Position numbers and translations under genes: made by a program
The notes under the pieces: model-generated
Told to the model about the DNA's origin: nothing
Seen by the model: only the letters and a program-made list of their open reading frames with translations
Database searches by the model: none
Origin: Candidatus Poribacteria bacterium
GTDB lineage: Bacteria; Poribacteria; WGA-4E; JAJDTR01
NCBI GenBank assembly: GCA_965222225.1
Contig: CBDCTK010000002.1
Location: forward strand, 3,456,001-3,520,000
Direction of reading: 5' to 3'
Length of the DNA stretch: 64,000 nucleotides
Shown: piece by piece, positions 38,092 to 48,876 of the stretch
How positions within the stretch are numbered: position 1 is the stretch's first letter
How the letters are laid out: each line of letters starts with the position of its first letter

Positions 38092-39486
38092 ATGGAGGCG
38101 GGATTGAAAGTGCTGATACGTCTAATTTTTGGTTGTATGCTCTGCTGTATCAGTCATGAGGAAGTCCACGGCTCGGCTAAGGACTCCTCGCTAACAGATC
38201 TACGCACACGAAAAACCGGCAGCGACTGGCAAGGTTTTCTTGGTCCTACCGGAGATGGTTAGTCTCCCGAAAAAGGGTTTCATCTTCCCTGGCCCAAATC
38301 AGGCCCGCCGGTTGTCTGGCATAAAAAGATTGGTACGGGCTATGCTGCACCGTCAGTTTCTCGGGGACGGCTGTTCATGTTCGATAGACACGGGAACAAT
38401 GCCCGTTTAACCTGCATGAGAAGTGAAACCGGGGAGGAATTATGGAGATTTGAATACCAGACAGATTACGAGGACATGTACGGCTATAACAATGGTCCTC
38501 GTGCATGTCCAGTCGTGGACGGAGGTCGCGTTTATGTTTTCGGCGCGGAGGGCATGTTGCATTGCGTTAGTGCGTTGGACGGCGATTTGATTTGGAAGGT
38601 AAATACGACAGAGAGATTTAATGTTGTCAAAAACTTCTTTGGCGTTGCATCGGCGCCAATTGTCGAGCACAATTTGCTAATTGCCCAAATTGGCGGGTCG
38701 CCGCTAGGTAGTCCCAAAGACGTATACGCGGCTCAAGGACAACTCTCGGGGAACGGAAGTGGTATCGTTGCGTTTGACAAATTCACGGGAGAAGTAAAGT
38801 ATAAGATTACTGACGAGTTGGCGAGTTACGCTAGCCCATCGCTGGCGACGATTAACGGCAGACGATGGTGTTTCATGTTTGCGCGGGGCGGGTTGTTCGG
38901 CTTTGAACCGCGTACGGGCAAAGTAGAATTCCATTATCCGTGGCGATCCAAGAAGCTGGAGTCGGTAAACGCTGCCAATCCAGTTGTGGCAGGCAATCTG
39001 GTGTTCATCAGCGAAGCTTACGGACTAGGGAGTTCACTGCTGAAGGTTCATCCGAGCGGATATCAAGTGCTATGGAAAGATGTGCCACGGCGCCGAAACA
39101 AGTCAATGATGTTGCATTGGAACACCGCCATCCATCACAACGGTTATCTCTACGGTTGCAGCGGGCGTCACGCACAGGGTTCGGATTTACGCTGCGTCAA
39201 ACTGGAAACAGGGGAAGTTATGTGGTCGGAACAGATTGATGAACGCACCTCATTACTTTACGCAGACGGCTATTTCGTGGGGTTGGGCGAATACGGTACG
39301 CTGAGCTTGATTCGTGCTACCTCTGCGGAATCGGATGTCGTATCGCGCATTCAAATCGCTGATGAGCAGGAACGGGAACTAATCAGTTATCCTGCCTGGT
39401 CAGCACCGGTACTTTCGAACGGTTTTCTCTACATTCGAGGAAAAGAGCGGTTGGTGTGTTTGGATCTCAGCTTGTCGAGGCGATAG
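38092..39486 (+). pseudogene. PQQ/BamB-like beta-propeller protein interrupted by an in-frame TAG at 38260-38262
   Basis: DWQGFLGPTGDG*SPEKG..LPWP.SGPPVVW...IGTGYAAP continues in frame into ORF 38377-39486. Confidence 0.85.
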
Positions 39487-39627
39487 AGTCGTAGAATTGG
39501 CGATAATGGATGTATGCAACTCACTCTGATAAGGACTTTCCCGCAGACCTTGCATAGTCTCTATCTCTGTGATGAGAGGTATGGTTAAACGGCCACCTGA
39601 GAACACTACCTCAATTTCCTAATGGAG

Positions 39628-40680
39628 TTAGAACTCATTAAACACTCTCACGGGATGCCCTGTCTCAATTGATTCCCAAGCTGCAACTCCGACAGCAACC
39701 GTTTTTGCACCATCAATCACATTTGGAGATGGTTCAAGGTCTTCCTCCAAACACTGTTGGAAGTGCCGCATGTAACGAATTACAGTTTGACCATGCCCGT
39801 AAACACTCGTATCGGTTTCAGGCGGACATGTCATCTCCAAAGGTTCTTTCGCTACCGTTTTGTCCAATACGAGCTTGACCTGCCCACCCTTGTTATCCGT
39901 AAAGTCGCCAATCATCGTGCCTTGCGTGCCGTAGACCGAAACCTGCATCATGGGCATGGGTGGATGAACGATGTCATATAACCCCATCGCGCGTCCTATT
40001 TGTCCCTCCTTAAATTTCAGGTTGAGAAAGAAATTGTTCATTATCGGATATTCAGGAGTGATTTTTCCCTTTGTACCGTAGGCATGTACTTCCTCAACAT
40101 CTCCTAGAAAAGAACGTAGAACATCAACAGGATGCGCAACGCCGCCGAACATGAAGTCTTGTGGGGTGTGCAGCCGCCAAGGGGTGAAGTCGTATACAGG
40201 GCGCATATCGTGGACGTAATAAGCATCCGCCGCCATGATTTCCCCGAGATCTCCATCGTTGAAAAAACGCCGCATCGTCAGAAATTGCAAATCGAACCGC
40301 ATCGTTTGACCCACGAGGAATTTCACCCCGCTAGTCCGAACCAACTCAACTAAGCGCTTAGCATCTTTCAAGTTGGTCACCATTGGCTTTGTGCAGATAA
40401 CGTGTTTGCCCGCTTCTATCGCCCCGACACAGTGCTCGGCGTGTAGGTGGTCCGGTGAATAAACAGCAACTACCTCAATGTCGTCGCGGCGTACCAGCTC
40501 CTGATAGTCGATTGTCCAGAAATCCACCTCAATTTGCTTGGCATACGCCTCTAAAATATCACGTTGCCTTGCACATATCCCTCTCAACTCATATTTTAGA
40601 TCCGGCACATCCTTGAGCAGTGATGTGGTCGACCCCATGTTCGTGGGATTTATCCCGATCACTCCCAATCCAATCGCCAT
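39628..40680 (-). CDS. Gfo/Idh/MocA oxidoreductase
   Basis: GLGVIG, SPDHLH, AGKHVICTKPM, GQTMRF. Confidence 0.92.
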   Translation of the reverse strand: MAIGLGVIGINPTNMGSTTSLLKDVPDLKYELRGICARQRDILEAYAKQIEVDFWTIDYQELVRRDDIEVVAVYSPDHLHAEHCVGAIEAGKHVICTKPMVTNLKDAKRLVELVRTSGVKFLVGQTMRFDLQFLTMRRFFNDGDLGEIMAADAYYVHDMRPVYDFTPWRLHTPQDFMFGGVAHPVDVLRSFLGDVEEVHAYGTKGKITPEYPIMNNFFLNLKFKEGQIGRAMGLYDIVHPPMPMMQVSVYGTQGTMIGDFTDNKGGQVKLVLDKTVAKEPLEMTCPPETDTSVYGHGQTVIRYMRHFQQCLEEDLEPSPNVIDGAKTVAVGVAAWESIETGHPVRVFNEF

Positions 40681-40766
40681 TTTACCTTCTCCCAAACCAG
40701 TTCTTCGTTACTTTGGATTTCTCAACCAAGCACCGCATTATTGTTCGTTCACGATGTAAACGAATT

Positions 40767-42272
40767 CTAAATCTTGCCGCTGTGATTTGACATTTCCAAA
40801 AAACGACGTGCAGCCACTAATGCTTCCTCAGGAGTGTGTATTTTTCCATCAAGCTGAAGTTCTTGGATCTGTTTCAAGATTTCGCCGACTATAGTGCCAG
40901 GTTCCAAGTCTAGTGCATCCATAATCTTATCGCCGGTAATCAACCGTTCCTGCGCCTTCATTGGGAGGATTTCTAGAAAATAACAATCTGCAATCTCCCT
41001 CATCACTTGCTCTACTTTTGATAATTCGGAGGATTCGTGAAGATTTCCTTGCGATGCGCGTAAACCGGCATAAGAGACTAGCAGGACACCGAACCAATCC
41101 TGTTTGGCGGTTTTTAAAAAACGGCTTACTGATCGACGTGTTGGATTAGTTTTCGACAACTCCATGAAGTGACGATGATGCCGCACAAGGCAACTCATCA
41201 ACTTAGCCGCATTACCACCAAGTCGTAGTCGTTTCACAATTCGGACTGCAATCTCCGTCCCATCGTTTTGAGGCCTGATGGACTGTACCATTTCCCGAGA
41301 ATCAGCCGTTTTCGTTACCGGTTTTGCGATGTTGTGCAGAATCAGTGAGAGTTTGAGAATTGTTTCTCGCCTCAATCCATGCACCAGATTCGTGTCGAGG
41401 TAGCCCTCAATCTCACGTTGATATGGGCGCAATGTGTCGGGAGAAGATTGTTCCTCGAACATCCGAAGTGCGAGTAGCGACTGTTCCCACAAATCAAGAT
41501 GATGACAATCATCTCGCTGAAGGCCTCGCGTGGACTCAATTTCCGGCAAGATTTGCGAGAGAATACGGCTGTCGTCCATTTGACGGATGTAAGCAACAGC
41601 ATTCGTAGCGTTCAGGATTTTAATCAATTCATCGCGGATACGCTCCGACGCCACAGCGTCGCGCGGAATCTTGCTAGGCTTCGTTTGGCTCAACAGGTGT
41701 TTATGCCGAGAAATCAGACGAACGGTTTCCTCAGGGATCGCAAAATTCAGTTGTGAGGCAAAGCGGTAGACACGCAGCAATCGAAGTGGGTCATCCAGCA
41801 CGACCCTCTCACTTGGAAAACGCAACTGACCTGATTTTAGGTCTGCTAAGCCGCCACAGGGATCGATAAGGCGCACAGAGGGTTGCGTTATAAGTGACGA
41901 GAGTTCTATGCCAATAGCGTTGATGGTAAGATCTCGAAGGCGTAAATCCCCTTCGATTCCTCCACCGCGGAACTGAGCAAAATCGAGCGTGAGACCTGAT
42001 TCGCGAATGACAACGCGCGCCGTGGGCAATTGTTCTTCCAACGCGACGAAAGCCGCTCCCAAAACATCGGCACAAGCGCGGGAAAATACCAGTGCGTCCT
42101 GTTCCAAAGCGAAGTCGAGATCGCTGATAGGTCGGTTCAATAAAAGATCGCGCACGCAGCCGCCAACGAGGAAAAGTTGCACTCCTCGCGTACTCGCAAA
42201 GGAATTCAATTGATTGATTAGCTTACGCTCCGGCAGGCGCTGAAGTAGCTGCGTGGTTGGGACTTCTTGCAT
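40767..42272 (-). CDS. Class II tRNA nucleotidyltransferase (probably CC-adding type) with a degenerate HD region
   Basis: LVGGCVRDLLL...DLDF, RDLTINA, DDPLRLLR, ERIRDEL; HN in place of HD. Confidence 0.88.
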   Translation of the reverse strand: MQEVPTTQLLQRLPERKLINQLNSFASTRGVQLFLVGGCVRDLLLNRPISDLDFALEQDALVFSRACADVLGAAFVALEEQLPTARVVIRESGLTLDFAQFRGGGIEGDLRLRDLTINAIGIELSSLITQPSVRLIDPCGGLADLKSGQLRFPSERVVLDDPLRLLRVYRFASQLNFAIPEETVRLISRHKHLLSQTKPSKIPRDAVASERIRDELIKILNATNAVAYIRQMDDSRILSQILPEIESTRGLQRDDCHHLDLWEQSLLALRMFEEQSSPDTLRPYQREIEGYLDTNLVHGLRRETILKLSLILHNIAKPVTKTADSREMVQSIRPQNDGTEIAVRIVKRLRLGGNAAKLMSCLVRHHRHFMELSKTNPTRRSVSRFLKTAKQDWFGVLLVSYAGLRASQGNLHESSELSKVEQVMREIADCYFLEILPMKAQERLITGDKIMDALDLEPGTIVGEILKQIQELQLDGKIHTPEEALVAARRFLEMSNHSGKI

Positions 42273-42398
42273 AGGAATGCTGAAGAGGCGATAGGTTTTA
42301 GAAAACCAAGGGAGTGCGCCGATTGGATGAGAGCATTCGCAGATCGCCGTGCGAAACTTGGAGACCGAGATTCGTATGGGCAAGTTCCGCACGCCGTA

Positions 42399-42722
42399 TC
42401 ATCGTACGACTGATTTGGGGGTTGCCTCAAGCCGTGTGACTTTGATTTGACTTCTGTCAATCAACTCACCGACACGATCGGCGATTCCGTTTTTCCATTC
42501 TTGGCTTTCATATACCGCTTCGTAGAGTTGTTGTCTTTCTTCTTCACTCTCAAATCGGCGAATCCAAACGTACAAGTCATCTTCCTCCTCGCCAACAAAC
42601 CTCCCGAGAATTACCATCCCTTTTGAGATTTGGAAGGGGATGACTGTCTCCTCCATGTACTTGACCCAATTCTCGCGTTGGCCCGGTTTGGTGCGATACT
42701 GTCGAAGTTCAAAAAGTGCCAT
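42399..42722 (-). CDS. NIPSNAP family protein
   Basis: FELRQY..KPG, YVWIRRFESEEER. Confidence 0.9.
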   Translation of the reverse strand: MALFELRQYRTKPGQRENWVKYMEETVIPFQISKGMVILGRFVGEEEDDLYVWIRRFESEEERQQLYEAVYESQEWKNGIADRVGELIDRSQIKVTRLEATPKSVVR

Positions 42723-42836
42723 TGTCTTCTTCTCCTTACATTAGACTACTGAATGCGACGCATAATTTCATTATACCGATTTTCCCATCTACGTCAACTG
42801 TTTTCATGTTTGCGAATTAGGACTGGGTACAATGCA

Positions 42837-45434
42837 TCAACCAACCGTCGCCAGTTCCAAATTTTCCTTCCAGTGTGTTCGCAGTACCTGTTTTAACAGT
42901 TGGTGCTCCGGTTGCTGTAGGTTAGGGTCGGCTTGGGCGAGCTGACTCGCCTCGGTTTTCGCGGCTTCAAGTAACGAAGCATCTTGAATAAGGTTCGCAA
43001 TTCTAAGGTTTGGGAGGCCCGATTGGCGAGTGCCGAAAAATTCCCCAGGCCCTCGTAGTGTCAAATCCGCTTCGGCGATTTCGAATCCATCGTTAGTGCG
43101 CGTCATGACTTTCATCCGTTCAAAGCTATCTTTAGACTTCGGCGCCGTAACAAGATAGCAGAAGGACTTGTGTTCTCCACGTCCAACACGTCCCCGCAAC
43201 TGATGGAGTTGCGCCAACCCGAAACGCTCGGCATTCTCAATTACCATAATCGTAGCGTTTGGAACATCAATACCGACCTCAATCACTGTCGTTGAAATCA
43301 AAATGTCGATTTGCCTGGCTTTGAATTGTGCCATCACCTCTTGCTTCTCCAATGACCGCATGCGCCCGTGCAGAAGCCCGAGGCGCAGATGAGGAAAGAC
43401 CTCGCGCTGCAAACGACCTGCCATCTCTGTTGCGGCTTTAATCTCTTCGAGTTTTTCCGACTCCTCTACAAGTGGATACACGATGTACGCTTGTCTGCCG
43501 CGCCGAATCGTATTCTCAATATCCCTGTAGAGTTCGCCTCGTTGTTCCTCTTTCACCCATTTCGTCCCAACCGTTTGCCTACCCGGAGGCATCTCATCAA
43601 TCACCGAGACATTGAGGTCACCATAGACCGTCAGCGCGAGCGTACGCGGAATTGGTGTCGCCGTCATGACGAGAACGTCAGGCGTTATGCCTTTGTCACG
43701 AAGTGTTGCACGCTGCATGACACCAAACCGGTGCTGTTCGTCGATTATCACCAGACCGAGTTGGTGAAAATCAACCCCTTTTTGTATAAGCGCATGAGTT
43801 CCGACGACAATATGTGCCGATCCATCAGCTATATCTGCAAGAACCGTTTCGCGTTCACTCTTCGCCAAATCCCCTTTGAGCAAAACGACATTGAGTCCAA
43901 CGGGCTTGAGTAGTTCCGAGAAGTTGTAAGCGTGCTGTTCGGCGAGGATTTCGGTGGGGACCATCAAGGCGCCTTGATAGCCGGATTGGATAACGCACAG
44001 AAGTGTCATCACTGCGACAATTGTCTTCCCGGATCCAACATCTCCCTGAAGGAGACGGTTCATCGGGTGGGAGTTTTCCATATCTGCTTTGATGGTCGCA
44101 AAGACACGCTTCTGCGCCTCCGTGAGTCGAAACGGTAAAATGCCGATGAACCGGTCTAGCAATCGACTCTCGACTTTGAATGAAATCCCCTTCTCCTTGA
44201 CCTCCCAACGTTTCTTCTTGAGCTCAAGCCCTAGCTCCAGCAAGAAAAATTCATCGAACACGAGGCGTTTTCTCGCCGCCTTGCAATAGGAATCGGACGC
44301 AGGACAGTGAATTTCTTTAATCGCCGTTTTCCGATCAATCAGTTGAAGTCGTTGGCGAATGTCTAAGGGCAAGATTTCAGGAAACATGCCTCCGTATTCA
44401 TCCAACACGTTGTTTATCCATTGACGCAGCATCCGTTGTGTGAGATTTGCCGTCAGCGGATATTTCGCGACGATTCGTCCTGTATGAATTAGATTGGCGT
44501 CCTCATCTTCGAGAATCTCGAACTCATAATCGGTGGTTTGTATTTCGTTGTTACGGCGTCCGAATCTACCGCTTATGACAACGGAAGTCCCCACTTTAAG
44601 CAGGTTTCTCAGGTAACCTACTCGACGCCCGAAGTTGACGAGCACCGCGACCCCAGTTCCGTCATAAACCATAATCTTGCCGACCGTCTTTGCTCCTTTG
44701 CGTGATGGCGTGAATTTGTCGTGATTGACCACCTTGCCTTGGATTGTCTCCGGTTCGCCGCTCCGTCCAACATCGTAGATGTCTCGGATATTCCTACGGT
44801 CGATATAGTCACGGGGATAATACTGCAGCAAATCTCCGAGTGTGCGAATGTCTAGTTCCGCTATCAATTTCTTCGCACGCCGTGTGCCGATTCCTTTGGT
44901 TTCCTCAAGTAGTGTTGCTAAGAAGTCAAGCGTTTTTATGTCTGTCTCAACTGGGGTGTCAGCAATTGTGAGTTTTTCATTCGGTAATGGGTTCTGAATG
45001 CGAGGTACTTGGGATTTGAGAGGAGGGGCGGAGGGCTCTTTTGCAGGGATTGTCGGCGTATGACTAGCTGGTTGGGAGGGGCACAACTCCTCAGTTGGCT
45101 CGCGCGATTGTGCGCGTGGTTGGCGGATGGTCCGTGTTTTGATAGGCGGGTTCACCGACTGCTGAGACGCTATCGTATTAATCTGTGCTGTAGCATCCTC
45201 AATTATCTTCAGGCGATCAGTCGGTGATAATCTATCGTAATTCTCAAAGCAATCGGCAAGTTTGTCAACTGTTTGTTCTTCGGAAAGGTTGAGCGAGAGT
45301 TGGCGAGCCTTTTCAAGCCACAATTTTACATAGCTGCCCAAGCCATTGATGACTACGTTGTCTTGACAACCGTTACGAGTTTCTTGCCGAAAAGGGCGAC
45401 GGATTGTCCTCAAGATCTGTGTAAATTCGTTCAT
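42837..45434 (-). CDS. recG: ATP-dependent DNA helicase RecG with an N-terminal extension
   Basis: QGDVGSGKT, DEQHRFG, MTATPIPRT, QLRGRVGRG, RGPGEFFGTRQSG. Confidence 0.97.
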   Translation of the reverse strand: MNEFTQILRTIRRPFRQETRNGCQDNVVINGLGSYVKLWLEKARQLSLNLSEEQTVDKLADCFENYDRLSPTDRLKIIEDATAQINTIASQQSVNPPIKTRTIRQPRAQSREPTEELCPSQPASHTPTIPAKEPSAPPLKSQVPRIQNPLPNEKLTIADTPVETDIKTLDFLATLLEETKGIGTRRAKKLIAELDIRTLGDLLQYYPRDYIDRRNIRDIYDVGRSGEPETIQGKVVNHDKFTPSRKGAKTVGKIMVYDGTGVAVLVNFGRRVGYLRNLLKVGTSVVISGRFGRRNNEIQTTDYEFEILEDEDANLIHTGRIVAKYPLTANLTQRMLRQWINNVLDEYGGMFPEILPLDIRQRLQLIDRKTAIKEIHCPASDSYCKAARKRLVFDEFFLLELGLELKKKRWEVKEKGISFKVESRLLDRFIGILPFRLTEAQKRVFATIKADMENSHPMNRLLQGDVGSGKTIVAVMTLLCVIQSGYQGALMVPTEILAEQHAYNFSELLKPVGLNVVLLKGDLAKSERETVLADIADGSAHIVVGTHALIQKGVDFHQLGLVIIDEQHRFGVMQRATLRDKGITPDVLVMTATPIPRTLALTVYGDLNVSVIDEMPPGRQTVGTKWVKEEQRGELYRDIENTIRRGRQAYIVYPLVEESEKLEEIKAATEMAGRLQREVFPHLRLGLLHGRMRSLEKQEVMAQFKARQIDILISTTVIEVGIDVPNATIMVIENAERFGLAQLHQLRGRVGRGEHKSFCYLVTAPKSKDSFERMKVMTRTNDGFEIAEADLTLRGPGEFFGTRQSGLPNLRIANLIQDASLLEAAKTEASQLAQADPNLQQPEHQLLKQVLRTHWKENLELATVG

Positions 45435-45494
45435 TATCTCCTCGTCGTCCTCTCAAAATGAACACCTGCATCTCAAGAGGAGCGAGATCGAAAT

Positions 45495-46490
45495 TTACTT
45501 TGCAACCGTCGCCTCAACAGTATGATAGCTGACCGCGCCAGCCGGTTCCGCATCAAATCCCGTCGCTTTCTGAATCAATCCGTCATTGGCAGTGGCTCTA
45601 GCGTAGACTTTAGCGGCTCCCTCTTTATCCGGCACTTGCCACGTGTATTTCCAGAGCGTCCATGCCAAGGGGGTATCGCTCGCCCAAATTTCCGCTGTCT
45701 TCCAGGTTTGTCCCTCATCGACGCTCACTTCAACACTCTTGATTCCACCGTGATTTCCGCTATCGAATGCAGCACCGCTAATCGTGTATGTCTCTCCTGC
45801 TTTAATGGTAGAATCTTTGCCCGGCGTGCCAATCATCGTCGCCAACTTAACGCTCGCCACGGGATCCCACCCCCTTTGCTCCCAGTATCCCACATGCTTC
45901 TTCGCCAATTCTATTGTCACAATCCATTTTGGATTTTTTGTGCCGTAGTGACCGGGATTAAGCAGACGGATGGGAAAACCGTGCTCTTTAGGAAGGGGCA
46001 CACCGTTCATTTTATACGCCAACAGGGTGTCCTCACGCATGGCGTCAGCAATCGGGATAGCGGTATGATAGCTATCCCTGCATCGGAAGACGACGACTTT
46101 CGCCTCCGGTTTGATACCAGCTTTCTGAAGGAAAACGCGCAGCGGGACACCTGCCCACATAGCATTGTTCATCTGATTGGTCCCAATCGGATCTCCGATA
46201 CACTTCAGCGTCCGCATGGCGGTTACTGATGGCAAACTTGTAATATCCTCATAAGTGAAGAGTTCTTTGTTCTCCACCAGCCCTGTAACGAGCAACTGCC
46301 AGTATGTGGAATCAGCGTTAATCTCTGGCTGTTTTCCTATTTGAAGTTCGTAAAAATCGGCATTGCTGGTAATCATAGTGCTGGGGTTGAGTACGGGTTC
46401 CGTTGCTCCCACAGCCTCAAATTGGCGAATCGGTAGTGTAACCCCTGCAGTGCTGATTGCCAGGATCTTTACGAATCTTCTGCGTTGCAT
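45495..46490 (-). CDS. Tat-exported sulfite oxidase-family molybdoenzyme
   Basis: MQRRRFVK; TLKC; AYKMNG..LP.EHGFP.R; GTKNPKW; C-terminal dimerisation domain. Confidence 0.9.
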   Translation of the reverse strand: MQRRRFVKILAISTAGVTLPIRQFEAVGATEPVLNPSTMITSNADFYELQIGKQPEINADSTYWQLLVTGLVENKELFTYEDITSLPSVTAMRTLKCIGDPIGTNQMNNAMWAGVPLRVFLQKAGIKPEAKVVVFRCRDSYHTAIPIADAMREDTLLAYKMNGVPLPKEHGFPIRLLNPGHYGTKNPKWIVTIELAKKHVGYWEQRGWDPVASVKLATMIGTPGKDSTIKAGETYTISGAAFDSGNHGGIKSVEVSVDEGQTWKTAEIWASDTPLAWTLWKYTWQVPDKEGAAKVYARATANDGLIQKATGFDAEPAGAVSYHTVEATVAK

Positions 46491-46509
46491 TGTCTATCTC
46501 CTTAGCTAC

Positions 46510-46719
46510 CTATTTCTTGACGCTGGCGCTACCTTTTCGCATTCGCATTGTAATCCGGACAACCCCTCTAATCATGATTAACGTTCCCGATGTTAAGAAG
46601 ATGACGAGTCCCCATCGCCCAATCTGAGTGGATCGTTGGAACATATAAACCGTAAAAGCAACGACCATAATAAGGATAAAGGTGTTCAGAAGGGTTTTGT
46701 TCTCATAGCATGTTCCCAT
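46510..46719 (-). CDS. Small two-TM hypothetical protein
   Basis: Two hydrophobic segments; co-oriented with neighbours. Confidence 0.55.
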   Translation of the reverse strand: MGTCYENKTLLNTFILIMVVAFTVYMFQRSTQIGRWGLVIFLTSGTLIMIRGVVRITMRMRKGSASVKK

Positions 46720-46784
46720 AACCGTTTTCCTCTGTATATTGACAACTCTTCTGTTGTAGAGTGGCTGCTCTGCGGGTTGTTTCT

Positions 46785-48731
46785 TCAATCTGCTTGGTCT
46801 AAATGAATCTCATTGAAAGGCTTAAATCCAGGAAGGGCAACGGTGTTCACGAGAATATCAATTGCCCGATGACCGGTGTCCGGTGGAATATAAACGACGT
46901 TTCCGGGTTCAAGCGGGATTTGGTCGTACTGCATGAGATTCCGAAAGTCGGGAAAAGTGTGCAGGTAACTTTTCCTGCCATACATATTCAGGGCATACGC
47001 ATTGGGGTCTAAGGTAAAATAGACTTCGTGCTGCGGCTTTCCACCACCAATCGGCGTCGCCGGGTGATAGTGGGGTTTCGAGTATCCCGCTGCCATATCC
47101 ACAACACGGCTGTTGACACTGTTGACTCCATCAGGATTATTCTCTATTTCTGTGTTGCAATGCCAAGCCGCCGATAACCGAAAGAATGTACCCGATTCGG
47201 AATTGCCCCTACCGGTCATATTTCGCATGTAGCGTAAACGACGAGTCTTGGTAAGATGCGTCATAAAACTATTGCTATCTTCAATCCACCAATACCGGAA
47301 GTTCCCACGCACACGAAGCGGTTCATCCGGCTCAACAATCAGTTGATCTCCGGGCCAAATCTCTTCGAACGAAGTCAACTGTTTAGTAGACCAGCCGATA
47401 ATCGAAGAACTTTCCAATAGTAATTCAAAAGTTCGGCGTACTTTTGGACGCGTCAACCATTCCTTAGGCGGCAGTCTGCTTTCCACTGGTGATTGGATAT
47501 CACCAGCAATATCTCCAACAAGCGTACGCCCTGAAATCCGATTCAGAATGGCCTTGACGGGAAATCGAATCTGCTCATGGATAGCATCAAGATTGTCCGC
47601 AAAAGTCTGCAATATATGCCAAGTTTCATCATCACATTCGTCCGGTTCGTAAAAGGAGAGTATTCACACAAAGATAGATAAGGCAATCTGCTGATACCGA
47701 CGGATGACCTCTGGGTCGCTCAAAGCAGTCCATAACTTCATGGCATTGTCCACCATCTCAAGTTTCTTGGATACTATTTTGGTGCGGCGTGTGAATCGTC
47801 CAAGATGATGGCGTGTATTGCTGTTATCACGTTCGACTGTTGCTGTCCCTGATTTCCCGATGTGATGACGCTCCGCAGGAAGCACTTTGGCAATCGCTTA
47901 AGTGTTTCACTTTGTCGAATAGCCGTCTGAAGGTATCAGCATCACGACCACCGATAACCCAGGCAACGGTTTTGCTTGTTTCACGAGAAACTGCTTTGTG
48001 AATCCATCTTTTGTTTTTTTTGACCCGATAAAATGCCACATCTCATCAAATTCCAATTCACGAGTGTTGATTGGAATCTCAGGCTCCGGCAACAGGGCTG
48101 CTTCCTTTGCAAGCCATTTTTGAACGGTGCTTGGCGATACATTAAACAAGTTACCAATAGTGCCATAAGATGCTTTTGCAAGGGAGTAAAGAATTACTGC
48201 AAAAGCACGCTTGATGGTGGTTTGAGGGTTGGTTATCTCGTCCCCCTCAACGAAATTATAACCGCACATTTTACAACGGTATCGCTGTTTGGAACGAACA
48301 AATCCGTTTTTCGTGGCTTCCGAACTATGACAGTTCTTACAGTTTGACATAATGTCTCCTTCCTGACCTTTCTGGTTAGTTAGAAGAATTATATCATAAA
48401 TCTATCTATATGGCAATACTCTCCGCAAAAAGAATGGTAACCTCTCGCCATCTCCCTCCTGTGTTCGATAGCCCAATTCCAACAGAACTTCCCCAACGCC
48501 GTGATCAATCCAGATATATCGGACACCGCCATACTCCGAGACAAGTTAGCCCTCGTCGTCCTCAAAATTTCCACACCCTATTTTGAATCCAGAGTGGTCT
48601 CGCTCGCATGCAGTAAAAACAGGTTCAAGACTTTCGGAATTTTCAATATGTCCAACAACGAGATTCGGCATAGGGCTCTCATGATTTCTTTTGATGACCA
48701 GCTCGGCTAAATTGGCATTATAACGATCCAT
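46785..48731 (-). pseudogene. Cupin-containing gene apparently split by IS1 and carrying a nonsense codon
   Basis: 5' part 48731-48425 (in-frame TAA at 48546-48548); 3' part open from 47654 to 46785 with PHYH...HEVY...LEPG.VVYIPP.TGH. Confidence 0.65.
47655..48424 (-). mobile_element. IS1-family element (770 bp), inactivated
   Basis: Inverted ends GGAGAGTATT..CA.A.AGATAGAT; InsA CKNC...CKMC plus HTH; ELEFDEMWHF; A8 slippery run near 48014-48021; ERDNSNTRHHLGRFTRRT. Confidence 0.88.
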
Positions 48732-48876
48732 CGGAGGTTGGTCAAGCGCTAATTCACAAGCGTTCGGCGGGAAATCCTTTTTGATTGGATCGCTCCTCGC
48801 TTTCTGGTATAATGATGTTGATACTCATGTCACTACAACGAAGGCAGCTAACATCTTCATCCGAAGGTTCTCGATT

